A stretch of 64,000 bases of DNA from an uncultured Candidatus Saccharibacteria bacterium. Its GTDB lineage: Bacteria; Patescibacteriota; Minisyncoccia; Ryanbacterales; HO2-45-13. The notes beneath the pieces are model-generated. The model was not told the origin of the DNA, did no database searches, and saw only the letters and a program-made list of their open reading frames with translations. A program made the position numbers and the translations under genes. Where the stretch lies: contig CAYHBS010000004.1 in the NCBI GenBank assembly GCA_964354975.1, positions 3,614 through 67,613 of the forward strand, read 5' to 3'. How positions within the stretch are numbered: position 1 is the stretch's first letter; each line of letters starts with the position of its first letter. Of the stretch, positions 29,138 through 38,501 are shown piece after piece.

Positions 29138-29992
29138 GTGTGTAGTAAAAATATGGAATCATTTAAAATTGTCCGCCATCTCGAAGAGTCTCATCAAGAG
29201 GAGATTAATCGTGACGCCGATATAGACCCAGAAGAAATTGCATTGCTAAAGACTTACTACTTGCCTGCGATTTTAGAAAATATACGATCAGGAAAATATG
29301 ACAGTGCAACGGTAATCTGCAGCGACAAGTTGCGCTCAAGCCGGACTGCTGACATCCTTCGGGAAGAACTGCAGCGTTATGGAGATATCCCCGTCAATCA
29401 GGAAACTGACGATCGGATCTCTGCTGAAATCCATGGGCGATATAAAACTGGAACAAATTCTGATAATCCTTTAATTGAACGTGCTAAAATGATTTTTTTA
29501 CATGAGGCATTCGAAAAGCACAATGTTTGGTATAGACACGGATCCGCTAGTAATGATGCGGGTGAAATTCTGTATCCTGAGTTGAATGAAATATTTGAAT
29601 CCCCTGGGGAAAATCAAATTGAATTAAATATTCGCATGTATCGATTTGTTTTGGATTTACTCCAGAGGATTGAAGAAAATCCGACAAATCTCTTCATCTT
29701 ATCTGCTCATCATGTAGTGATGTCCACCTTACTTGCACTTCAGCGCATTTCCGAAAAAGGTGGGCCTTTTATTAACATCCGGTACCACCCTCAGGGCTTA
29801 TTGTATGCGGATCAAAATATGGAAACTGAGGAAATGATCGGGGGTTGGGATAATTTTTACGATTATTACAAATCTCGAAACTATATTTTTGATATTGATG
29901 TTCAAAAACTCAAACAGATAAGAGAGATAATCCAGGCTGAGCTGGATCTTTGCCTAGCGAGCTACACTCAACACTACGGAAATAGACTCTAG
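29138..29992 (+). CDS. Histidine phosphatase superfamily-like protein
   Basis: IVRH, ICSDKLRSSRTA, GE, ILSAH motifs in the canonical order. Confidence 0.6.
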   Translation: MCSKNMESFKIVRHLEESHQEEINRDADIDPEEIALLKTYYLPAILENIRSGKYDSATVICSDKLRSSRTADILREELQRYGDIPVNQETDDRISAEIHGRYKTGTNSDNPLIERAKMIFLHEAFEKHNVWYRHGSASNDAGEILYPELNEIFESPGENQIELNIRMYRFVLDLLQRIEENPTNLFILSAHHVVMSTLLALQRISEKGGPFINIRYHPQGLLYADQNMETEEMIGGWDNFYDYYKSRNYIFDIDVQKLKQIREIIQAELDLCLASYTQHYGNRL

Positions 29993-31665
29993 TCGTTTCC
30001 CTTAATGATCTCGGATTTGAGTAGTTTCCCATTGTAGATTAAACCCTTGGTATAATTTATTTTTTCGTAAAGACTTATCGTATCCTCGAGACTATTTGTC
30101 AGTGGCATGCCCTTAAAATTCAGCGATGTGTTGAGCAATAGTGCAATTCCGGTTTTATGGAAAAACAAACTGATTAAGTCACACAGAAATGGATTATCTT
30201 CCTTTGTGATAGTCTGAACTCGCGCACTCCCGTCTACATGTAGAGCCCCTGGTATTTTTGATTGAACTTCGCTCTTAACTTCATACTTGTAAAGCATAAA
30301 AGGAGATTTTGCAGGTCCAGTAAAGTATTCGTTTAACTTACTTTCCAGCACAATCGGAGCGAGCGGCCTGTAGGATTCGCGCTCTTTGATTCTCTCACTT
30401 AACAAGTCTCTTACTTTTTTACTATCCGGTCTTGCTATGAATGACCTGTTGCCTAGCGCACGTGGCCCTACTTCTGATCGTCCATTATGCACAAGTAATA
30501 TGCCATCAGACAGCAATATTTCGATGCATTTCTCAATTGTCTCCGATGAATATTCATATACATGCACCCCCTCGCCCAAGTAGGGAAAACGTGCACCTAT
30601 TCGTCCCCCTAAGACATTGTTTATCAAAATTGACAATGACCCAAGCGATTGACCTGAATCGTCGCAACAGGGCGCCACAAAGTGAATTTTGTCTTTATAA
30701 AATCCTGCGACGCGAGAATTAAGTTCGAGATTTAAACCCACTCCTCCAGACATAATAATTCCATCAACATTTTTTGCGTGTTGATCAATCACTGAAGAAA
30801 TGTCATCCATCTTGTGATTTACAAAGAATTCCTGGACAGTCGCTGCAAAATCTGTTGCTGAATTGGTTGGCCTTAGTGCTTGACCCTTTAATATCCTTAA
30901 TGGACTACTCTCAAAAATCTGGTAAATATCCTCGTACTTTGCAATTTCTATTTCTCGGTAAATCTGCTCCAAGACATCATAATACTCGACACGCACTTTA
31001 CCCAGTCCAGCTAGTGCCATCATTTTGCCATCTGGTGGATTGTGACTATGAAGCTCCGCTCCGTAAAGAAACATAGCACACGCGCCATAAGTTTTCCCGG
31101 AGATGTGCCCGGCTAAATCAATATTTAGCCTAGTTATAGAATTCCCTCTTCCTAAATAGTACGAGTTACACTCATTCATTTTTGTCAGTGGGTCCACGTC
31201 CCCACCACCATCAGAAGTGACAATAAGGACATTTTCAATTCCTGTGGTTAGATATATCCCCGCATGAGATAAGTGATGATTCGTAATCAAAACGTTACGC
31301 CTTAAACCAAAAAAATTAATTTCTTTCCAAAAGGCTGTCTTTAAGGTTTGCTCACCATAATCAATAATGTCTGCTTCCTGCAAAAAGGGATTGTTAAAGG
31401 TGGTCATAGACCAGTACTTCACACTTTCTATTGACTCTCCTAGTATATTGAGGCCGTATCTCACAAGGTATTCCATTTCATCCACAGCGCAAGCTTTTTT
31501 CTTTTCGCGAAACACTCTTTCAGCCTCTAATACCAAACAGATGTTTCTGCCAAACGCAAAAGATGCGGATGAGTCATGAAAATTAAACGAAATACTGCAG
31601 AACAACTCGCCGTCAATATTGGACGCGTGGGACAGTCCAAATTTTTCTGTACCGCTGTTATCCAA
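29989..31665 (-). CDS. O-carbamoyltransferase (NodU/CmcH/TobZ family)
   Basis: HDSSA, HHLSHAG, DGGGD, GKMMALAG, GGVGLN, EVGPRALGNRS, HVDGSARVQT, LLNTSLN. Confidence 0.93.
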   Translation of the reverse strand: MDNSGTEKFGLSHASNIDGELFCSISFNFHDSSASFAFGRNICLVLEAERVFREKKKACAVDEMEYLVRYGLNILGESIESVKYWSMTTFNNPFLQEADIIDYGEQTLKTAFWKEINFFGLRRNVLITNHHLSHAGIYLTTGIENVLIVTSDGGGDVDPLTKMNECNSYYLGRGNSITRLNIDLAGHISGKTYGACAMFLYGAELHSHNPPDGKMMALAGLGKVRVEYYDVLEQIYREIEIAKYEDIYQIFESSPLRILKGQALRPTNSATDFAATVQEFFVNHKMDDISSVIDQHAKNVDGIIMSGGVGLNLELNSRVAGFYKDKIHFVAPCCDDSGQSLGSLSILINNVLGGRIGARFPYLGEGVHVYEYSSETIEKCIEILLSDGILLVHNGRSEVGPRALGNRSFIARPDSKKVRDLLSERIKERESYRPLAPIVLESKLNEYFTGPAKSPFMLYKYEVKSEVQSKIPGALHVDGSARVQTITKEDNPFLCDLISLFFHKTGIALLLNTSLNFKGMPLTNSLEDTISLYEKINYTKGLIYNGKLLKSEIIKGND

Positions 31666-31688
31666 AAAAATATTTAATTGATCCTTTT

Positions 31689-32153
31689 TTAGCTCACGCC
31701 AATAAATGGATCCTCTGATTCAGCAAAAAACTTTATGTTCTCCCAGAACGTGTTCTTCAGCCTCTTTGGAAATACCTTCAAATCCTGCAAGTCGTCCTTT
31801 GTGAACCACTTTGCCTCTTCTACTGCCCCATTTGGATCAAGATCAATATGTGCTTCATTTAACGCTTGCTCATGAGACATTTTTGCCAACCAGAATGTTT
31901 CAAGACAAATATTTTCAATCTCTCCCTCGATACCGTGAAATTCTTGGAGATAAAGAAGTTTTAGTATTTCGACGTGCATGCCCGTCTCCTCAAGAACTTC
32001 TCGCTTCGCACATTCAACAATGTTTTCAATCTCATATTCCCAACTCCCCCCGGGGGCATACCAAAACTTAGTGCCCTTATTTCTAACTAGCAAAATCTTG
32101 TTCTCGTCAGGCTTGTAAGTTATAACACGAGCTATTGGTTTAATTTTCTTCAT
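31689..32153 (-). CDS. NUDIX hydrolase
   Basis: PGG...E....CAKREVLEETG Nudix box. Confidence 0.92.
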   Translation of the reverse strand: MKKIKPIARVITYKPDENKILLVRNKGTKFWYAPGGSWEYEIENIVECAKREVLEETGMHVEILKLLYLQEFHGIEGEIENICLETFWLAKMSHEQALNEAHIDLDPNGAVEEAKWFTKDDLQDLKVFPKRLKNTFWENIKFFAESEDPFIGVS

Positions 32154-32361
32154 AATTAACGGCCGTGAAGCCTTAGTGATTAATATAGAAACTTATCTTC
32201 TTAGTATGCTATCTCAAATACATGCTTTCTGCATCTATTCTTGCTCAAAGAACGTTTGAGAATACATATTAGCTCGCTTCCCCAATGGATGGTAGAACTG
32301 CGATGAGCTCCACAATCAATAATAAAGAAATAGTCTCGCACATGCGAGGCTATTTCTTTAT

Positions 32362-32383
32362 TTTGTTGCGGGACCGGGATTTG
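32362..32383. repeat. att-site direct repeat (duplicated tRNA-fMet 3' end)
   Basis: Identical to 37315-37336. Confidence 0.9.
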
Positions 32384-32553
32384 ATTGGAACCAAGTCTTC
32401 GGGCACATACGGGAAATCGCTATATTCAGTAAAGAAGTGCTCATGCCCGCGTGAAGGGGTGAGGGTGCAGATTTGACGGTATGGGTATTTAAAAAGAATG
32501 CTATTGATAGGCATATAGCATTCTCCTTTAAAGCTCTATCATTCAAATCGTGT

Positions 32554-32958
32554 TCACTGTGGGTATTTCCTGAAACAGTCTGATTTATTTTGCTGAAGCT
32601 GTGCGTCATTCTTATCATGCGCATCAGTAAATGCCGCCGCCCCCACACAGGTGCCACCGCCATCTACTTTACAATCTTCATACATTCCAACTAACTGTCT
32701 CCCCCATTCCTGCCAGTCAATTTCCGCGTTAGTTATGCAAGTATTCAATAATTGTTTAGCCTTCTCTTCAGTACGTGACTCCGTGAATGATTTATTAATT
32801 TGCTCCTGTCTTTCCTGCTCGATTTTTATTAGTTGCTGCTTTTCAATAGACCTTTGCTTGTTTACTTCACTTGCGAAGTAAAAACCGCCCAAAATAATAC
32901 TCGCGACAATAATCGTGACTGGTAATGACAGGTTATTAAATCTTGCGAAGATATCCAA
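32554..32958 (-). CDS. Membrane-anchored hypothetical protein
   Basis: LSLPVTIIVASIILGGFYF anchor, coiled coil, four Cys. Confidence 0.7.
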   Translation of the reverse strand: MDIFARFNNLSLPVTIIVASIILGGFYFASEVNKQRSIEKQQLIKIEQERQEQINKSFTESRTEEKAKQLLNTCITNAEIDWQEWGRQLVGMYEDCKVDGGGTCVGAAAFTDAHDKNDAQLQQNKSDCFRKYPQ

Positions 32959-32963
32959 ATTTT

Positions 32964-33950
32964 TTAGTTATCTTCAAATAAGCTCCCTGCAATCCAATCG
33001 TCGGTTCCGGTTGCTGTTCTGTTTAGTCCTCCACTGACCGTAGCGTGGGGTCCCCAGGATAAATTACCGTTCCCACCAGTTACTGATGAGCCTCCGCTAC
33101 GAGCTTCATTGAATACTCCGCCGCAAACGGCAGCAGAGCCCCCACTGGCAAGATTATCATTTCCTCCGGCAACCGACGCATAATCTGCGGTTGTTTTGTT
33201 TCTCAATCCTCCGCTAATAGTTGAGCTGTTTCCAATAACATTATTTCCTTCTCCGCCAGACACCGATGCATATACACCTGTAGTAGAATTATATCTTCCG
33301 GCTCCAATCCACGACATTAAACCATTGGCAGAATTTCTCCATCCGCCCGTGATAGAGGAAAGCTCTCCAACAGCGTGGTTTTCACTACCACCAACAATTG
33401 TTGAGTTCGCACCGACCAATTGGTTTTGTCGACCAGTAGTAAAGCCGCCATAGCTGATATATTCATGCTCCGGCCCAACAACAAGATTGTGCGAACCGTC
33501 TCGAGAAAATAGGCCGGTGCTTTGCTCATTGTAACCTATAATTAAGTTTCCTAAACCATTCTTTGTTGCCGTACTTCCAGCGCCATTTGTAAGGTGTATG
33601 TTGCATCCTTCAAAATACACATCATTACCATCAACTCTCACACAGGGGATGGATGTTCCGGCAATACCTTGTGGTCCTTGCTCTCCTTGTGAGCCCGCTT
33701 CACCTTGAGGGCCTTGCGCCCCTGTTGCCCCCTGAATATTCCAGACCACGAGCTTTTCTCCCTCTCTGCAAACCGTACGTCTAAAGCCGTCACCTATCAT
33801 CTGCATCGTTCCGTCTCTTTTTACACATGCAGCAAGAGTTTCTCCGCCCACTTGCCCATAAGTTTGAGCAGCAAACATGAGAATTAAGATAACAATACCC
33901 CCGGCAACAAATGAGGGCATATTGATTTGAGAATATTTTGAATAGTTCAT
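32964..33950 (-). CDS. Secreted collagen-repeat / beta-solenoid (SGG..N repeat) adhesin-like protein
   Basis: Signal peptide, GxY run (GATGAQGPQGEAGSQGEQGPQG), about ten 14-aa S.V.GG..N.A.G repeats. Confidence 0.75.
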   Translation of the reverse strand: MNYSKYSQINMPSFVAGGIVILILMFAAQTYGQVGGETLAACVKRDGTMQMIGDGFRRTVCREGEKLVVWNIQGATGAQGPQGEAGSQGEQGPQGIAGTSIPCVRVDGNDVYFEGCNIHLTNGAGSTATKNGLGNLIIGYNEQSTGLFSRDGSHNLVVGPEHEYISYGGFTTGRQNQLVGANSTIVGGSENHAVGELSSITGGWRNSANGLMSWIGAGRYNSTTGVYASVSGGEGNNVIGNSSTISGGLRNKTTADYASVAGGNDNLASGGSAAVCGGVFNEARSGGSSVTGGNGNLSWGPHATVSGGLNRTATGTDDWIAGSLFEDN

Positions 33951-33990
33951 GATAGTTTTGATATTAACTAATAATTTTTGATAATTTTAC

Positions 33991-34140
33991 CTCGGCAACA
34001 CAAAACCCACCGCTAGGCGATGGCTTGCGCCACCTACCACTCTTTCGAGCGGTAACCACTGCTGGTGCTCCTAAACGATGGGTTTAGTAGCCAGCAGTGG
34101 TTTTTTGCCATGCCACGAGAAAGGTTGTGGTTTAGGCACA
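33991..34140 (-). promoter_or_regulatory. Structured 5' leader resembling a c-di-GMP-I (GEMM) riboswitch variant
   Basis: Minus strand GGCAAA...ACCGCTC-GAAA-GAGTGGT...GGCGCAA...GTTGCCGA, with an inserted 12-bp stem AACCACTGCTGG/CCAGCAGTGGTT. Confidence 0.35.
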
Positions 34141-34640
34141 CAATACATGTATCTATTTAGTTGTACATCACAATCGTATACTTGCGCTACATACCTGTAA
34201 AGAGTGGGACTAATTGTTAAGCGTATTTATTTCCTCTTGATTATTGGACAAGATTATGCTAAGTTAAAAATAGAAAGTACTTAAGAAAATTATTTTTCCT
34301 GCACAAACGTTCTCGACTGTAATCTACGTATAGCTTGATGCACTCCGAGGGCCAAAGTGACAATATCCCTGAAATATGGGAGGCCATGTTTTCGGCCAGG
34401 CTTCAGTTCAATGCGTGTTATCACTTGGGGAACGATGGAAAAATTTATATTTTTGTGATTACTTGGCGAGATGAATTGACGGGCACCAATCGGTGATACC
34501 CGCGAATCGCGACTAGATGAGTATGTGCAATGCACTCATTTGTGAGGCGTTGCTTTGTTATTCGTCACATCCCGTCAGAGAGTCACAACGAAGCAACGGC
34601 ATCAGAAATGGTGCCGTTATTCGTTTTTCTACTCCTCTTA

Positions 34641-34877
34641 ATGCTCACAATTGCAGAATGTAAGGAAATATTGGGAGAGGATGTGTCATCAATATCTGAT
34701 GATGAAATTTTAGTTGTTCGTGATGCATTATATGCGCTGGCAGAGCTTGCTATAGATAAACAGTCGAATACTAACCACTTTGATTTTCATGCTGGTTTTG
34801 GGCAAAAGGACGGCATCCCCCCGCCCAAAACCGACATGAGAACCGGGAGATGCCATGACCCAAAACCAGGAGAATAA
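34641..34877 (+). CDS. Small recombinase-associated protein
   Basis: MLTIAECKEILG...ISDDEILVVRDALYALAELAID; first gene of the recombinase operon. Confidence 0.6.
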   Translation: MLTIAECKEILGEDVSSISDDEILVVRDALYALAELAIDKQSNTNHFDFHAGFGQKDGIPPPKTDMRTGRCHDPKPGE

Positions 34878-35394
34878 AAATTGCGCTAAAGCGATAAAAA
34901 TACCATATATTATGATTCCTACAGCAGTTGCAATGCGCAAAGATATTTCCCAAGGAGCGAAATTAACATACGGCATTATTTACACGCGACAGAATGGGAC
35001 GAAACCAGCCTACGCATCCCAAAAAAATATGGCTTTTCATATCGGCGTCTCTGAACGAACTATTCGAAAATATTTACGGGCATTAATAGCTCTGAATTTG
35101 ATATATCAGAAGCGCTTTGGACTAACGAGAACCAATAGATACTGGGTAAAGGACCGCACGAAACCGTCCTCTCATGATAGGAACTCTACTTCGGCTCTAC
35201 ATAGGTATGAACCTTCCGGTCATAGTAATAGTAAGGGAAATAGTAAAGCAGTAAGTCAGCTGCCCTTACATAAATCAGAAGGAACATGGAGGGAATACCG
35301 TATTCATAGACACCCTGATGGTAATATCAAGATTTGTGTTGACAGCGAATGGAAGATATTCGCGGGTGACGAACGCGACATTATATGGAAATAA
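34855..35394 (+). CDS. Winged-HTH protein (phage replication initiator N-terminus-like)
   Basis: YIMIP...DISQGAKLTYG...ASQKNMAFHIGVSERTIRKYLRAL...I...RFG..TNRY. Confidence 0.75.
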   Translation: MTQNQENKNCAKAIKIPYIMIPTAVAMRKDISQGAKLTYGIIYTRQNGTKPAYASQKNMAFHIGVSERTIRKYLRALIALNLIYQKRFGLTRTNRYWVKDRTKPSSHDRNSTSALHRYEPSGHSNSKGNSKAVSQLPLHKSEGTWREYRIHRHPDGNIKICVDSEWKIFAGDERDIIWK

Positions 35395-35786
35395 GAATGA
35401 GCAAGACACACATCGGGCCAGAAAACTCACAAAAAAAATCCCAACTTACAGTTAAACAGAAAGAGTGGGTTTCCGAAACCATTGCCACAAAAAATCCAAC
35501 GGAAGCCGCCTATCGAGCCTATGATGTTAAAGACCGACATAATGCATCAGTTATTGCTTCTGAAAACCTGTTAAAACCTTACTTACGAGAGGCATTAAAT
35601 GAAATGCTGGAAAACCATAATCTGCATTTAAATGACACCGTGCAAGAACATAAATGGCTCATCGCACAACGTGAGCATATTGCTACAAAGTTCGATGCAA
35701 TTAAAGAACACTACGAATTGCTCGGTCTACACACAAAGGACAGAGTCAATACAGGAATAAATATTGCATTAGTGGTCAGAAAATGA
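35385..35786 (+). CDS. Terminase small subunit-like protein
   Basis: LTVKQKEWV...NPTEAAYRAY...ASVIASENLLKP, the TerS N-terminal HTH pattern. Confidence 0.75.
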   Translation: MEIRMSKTHIGPENSQKKSQLTVKQKEWVSETIATKNPTEAAYRAYDVKDRHNASVIASENLLKPYLREALNEMLENHNLHLNDTVQEHKWLIAQREHIATKFDAIKEHYELLGLHTKDRVNTGINIALVVRK

Positions 35787-35811
35787 AACAGATGTAATGA
35801 TAAAATAATAT

Positions 35812-37404
35812 ATGCAGACTCCAAAAGGAATCATCTATTGCAGGGTGTCTTCTCAAGACCAGGTATCTGGGACTTCTTTAGATAGCCAACAAAAAGCATG
35901 TTTGGAATATGCAGAAACAAAAGGTATTAAAGTTGAGAAAATATTTGTCGAAAAAGGAGAGTCAGCCACTGCCGCAAATAGAGCGGAACTGATAAAAGCA
36001 TTGAACTTTTGTGGAGACAGAAAGGGTCAGATTTCGGCATTTATTGTTTGGAAGATTGATAGATTTGCGCGAAATACAACTGACCACTTTGGCTTACAGG
36101 CACAATTAATTAAATTTGGGACATCATTACATTCTGTTACCGAACCTATCGATAAAACTCCTATCGGAAAGATGATGGAAACCATGCTAGCCGGATATGC
36201 TCAGCTTGAAAATGATATTAGGCGGCAAAGATGCGAGGGGGGTATGCAGCGCAAAATTGCAGAAGGCATTCGACCGTGGAAACCACCACTGGGCTATGCC
36301 GTTCCACCAAAGACTGAGCGGAGGAAAACCAAGGCAGATGTGCGTGACCCCGAGCGTTTTCTGCTTGTACAAAAAACATTAAAGGCATATGCCACAGGGG
36401 CTTATTCCATAGCTAATTTAACCCAGGAAGCGACTAAACGGGGTCTTCGCACTCGTACTGGGAAGCCTATGCGCATTCAGCTTCTAGAGCGACTATTAAC
36501 AGATAAGTATTATGCGGGAATATTAACTGACCCCTGGACCAAGAAAGAGTACCCCGGACTACATGAACCAATGATAACCCTTGAGGAACACCAGCACATC
36601 CAACTCGTAAAATCTGGCCTATCCAACAATGCAATTAATACACGAACCTATGCTCATCCAGATTTTCCACTTCGAGGGCTTTTGATTTGTGTGTGTGGCG
36701 TGAAATTGACCGCTGGTTGGACGAAAGGAAGAAACAACAAATACCCCTATTATCACTGTAAACAAAAAGGATGCGTGCACTTTGGACATGCAATTCCTAA
36801 ACATAGGCTGGAGGAAAAGTTTCTTATTTTTCTCAAGCGCATTACCCCTCAGGAGCATTTCATAAAACTTTTTGAAACCATTGTGCTAGATGTATGGCGA
36901 AACAAACATCAATCACACACACAACAACGCATGCATTATGAAGCGGAAATCAAAAGATTAAATTCGCAACGAGAGCGATATATTGAAATGCGCGCAAATG
37001 GAGAGATTAACCGCGAGGAATTTAAAATCTATAGTGAACGCTTAGAAAACCAGATAACGGGTCTTACTATTTCGAGAAACGAAGAGAATATTGAAGAGTT
37101 AGACATGGGGACATTACTCTCCTATACAACACAATTCATGCGTAATTTATCTCGGCAGTGGCAGGATATGCAGGATATAAAACAAAAACAGCGGCTCCAG
37201 AAATTGGTTCTACCGGAAGGGATTATGTTTGATAAATCCACCGGAGAGCTTGGAACCGCTGTTTTGTCGCCTGTTTTCAGGATGAATCAGGTATTTGAGG
37301 ATGGCGAATCCGACTTTGTTGCGGGACCGGGATTTGCACCCGGGTCTGGAGGTTCGCACATTCCCAATATTTCTAATGGGGCTGGACTATACCATCTTCC
37401 ATAA
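35812..37404 (+). CDS. Large serine recombinase (integrase)
   Basis: YCRVSSQDQ, KIDRFARN, PPLGY, Zn ribbon CVCG...YYHC, coiled coil; the ORF reads through att into the tRNA antisense strand. Confidence 0.95.
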   Translation: MQTPKGIIYCRVSSQDQVSGTSLDSQQKACLEYAETKGIKVEKIFVEKGESATAANRAELIKALNFCGDRKGQISAFIVWKIDRFARNTTDHFGLQAQLIKFGTSLHSVTEPIDKTPIGKMMETMLAGYAQLENDIRRQRCEGGMQRKIAEGIRPWKPPLGYAVPPKTERRKTKADVRDPERFLLVQKTLKAYATGAYSIANLTQEATKRGLRTRTGKPMRIQLLERLLTDKYYAGILTDPWTKKEYPGLHEPMITLEEHQHIQLVKSGLSNNAINTRTYAHPDFPLRGLLICVCGVKLTAGWTKGRNNKYPYYHCKQKGCVHFGHAIPKHRLEEKFLIFLKRITPQEHFIKLFETIVLDVWRNKHQSHTQQRMHYEAEIKRLNSQRERYIEMRANGEINREEFKIYSERLENQITGLTISRNEENIEELDMGTLLSYTTQFMRNLSRQWQDMQDIKQKQRLQKLVLPEGIMFDKSTGELGTAVLSPVFRMNQVFEDGESDFVAGPGFAPGSGGSHIPNISNGAGLYHLP

Positions 37405-37636
37405 TTGGAAGTCCTCATTATAGTCTCTGAACCTTTCCTATCTATCAGATAAGACTTGGCTGCTGATTGTCGAATCTCTGTTTTTTTTTGCCATCACGCC
37501 CACTCTTTCGAATCACGTTGTGGCAAACAAAGCTCTCACGAGTTTCCAGCAGTTTCGAAGATTTTTCCGTCGCACATTACTGAGCGAGGTCACAATTATT
37601 TATGAGCCTCCCGAGGTACTACTCCTCTATCCCGCG
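37319..37636 (-). tRNA. tRNA-fMet(CAT) interrupted by a group I intron (exons 37636-37602 and 37354-37319)
   Basis: Spliced cloverleaf CGCGGGA...GGAGG-CTCATAA-CCTCC...CCGGG-TGCAAAT-CCCGG-TCCCGCA-A with the C1:A72 initiator mismatch. Confidence 0.9.
37355..37601 (-). ncRNA. ORF-less group I intron (247 nt)
   Basis: Core elements ACTGCTGGAAA, AATCAGCAG, GTTCAGAGACTA, GATGGTATAGTCC; P1 TCAT/GTGA with U.G at the 5' splice site; terminal G. Confidence 0.9.
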
Positions 37637-37733
37637 GCTTACAGATTACCACAATATTACAACTGTGACAATCTTGGCACATACAAAATAACTGTGAATA
37701 TTATCGAACCAACGATATGATATAATATATATT

Positions 37734-38438
37734 ATGGCTAAAACACTGGCGCGCTCACGTGCAATACAATTACGCATAGAAGGAAAAAGTGTCAAGGAAA
37801 TTGCGCGATTGTTACAGGTTTCTACAAGCTCCGTAAGTATCTGGTGCCGCGACATTCAACTCTCATCTACTCAGTCTGAATTCCTTCGGTTAAGGCAAAT
37901 TGCATCAGGTTTCAGGGGTCGCCAAATCGGTGCCGACGTAAATAGAAAGAAGAAGCAATTGCGCATCGAAAAAGCACGCATTTACGCAGCAACGCTGTGG
38001 AAACAACATGGAGATGATCCTCTGTTTTTATTGGGCATTGGCTTGTATTGGGGGGAGGGAAGCAAAACTGATAAGTTGAGTTTTTCCAATTCGGATCCTG
38101 CTATGGTGCGATTTATGATGCTTTGGTTACAAAAATACCTCGGCGTATCGAAAAGTGATTTTGTCGCACGCGTCTATATAAACAATATTCACCATAAGCG
38201 CGCTACGGTGGTTCAACAATATTGGATACACTATCTCACATTGCCGGAAAGACAATTTCGATCTACGTGCTATATTTATTCAGTCCCTAAAAAACGGTAC
38301 GACAATCATGATATATATTTTGGTATACTTGCATTACGTGTTCGCCGTAGTACAGTATTGAAATATATTGTGCTAGCATTGCTCGCACGAGTAAAGGATG
38401 TCGGGGTAGCTCAGTTGGTTAGAGCGGAGCACTCATAA
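37734..38438 (+). CDS. HTH plus degenerate LAGLIDADG-like protein
   Basis: N-terminal HTH (GKSVKEIARLLQVSTSSVSIW), GIGLYWGEGSK, FSNSDP; stop codon lies in the tRNA anticodon loop. Confidence 0.65.
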   Translation: MAKTLARSRAIQLRIEGKSVKEIARLLQVSTSSVSIWCRDIQLSSTQSEFLRLRQIASGFRGRQIGADVNRKKKQLRIEKARIYAATLWKQHGDDPLFLLGIGLYWGEGSKTDKLSFSNSDPAMVRFMMLWLQKYLGVSKSDFVARVYINNIHHKRATVVQQYWIHYLTLPERQFRSTCYIYSVPKKRYDNHDIYFGILALRVRRSTVLKYIVLALLARVKDVGVAQLVRAEHS

Positions 38439-38473
38439 AGCTCAGGTCGGCAGTTCGATCCTGCCCCCCGGCA
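38400..38473 (+). tRNA. tRNA-Met(CAT), elongator-type (Ile2 not excluded)
   Basis: GTCGGGG-TAGCTCAGTTGGTTAGAGC...CTCATAA...GGCAG-TTCGATC-CTGCC-CCCCGGC-A. Confidence 0.9.
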
Positions 38474-38501
38474 CAAGTATAAAAAAGCCATTTGGCGTTT
38501 T

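Larger units (their letters stand above)
32362..37336. mobile_element. ~5-kb integrative, phage-satellite-like element at the tRNA-fMet 3' end
   Basis: 22-bp direct repeat TTTGTTGCGGGACCGGGATTTG at 32362-32383 and 37315-37336; encodes a large serine recombinase, a TerS-like protein and an HTH protein. Confidence 0.85.
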
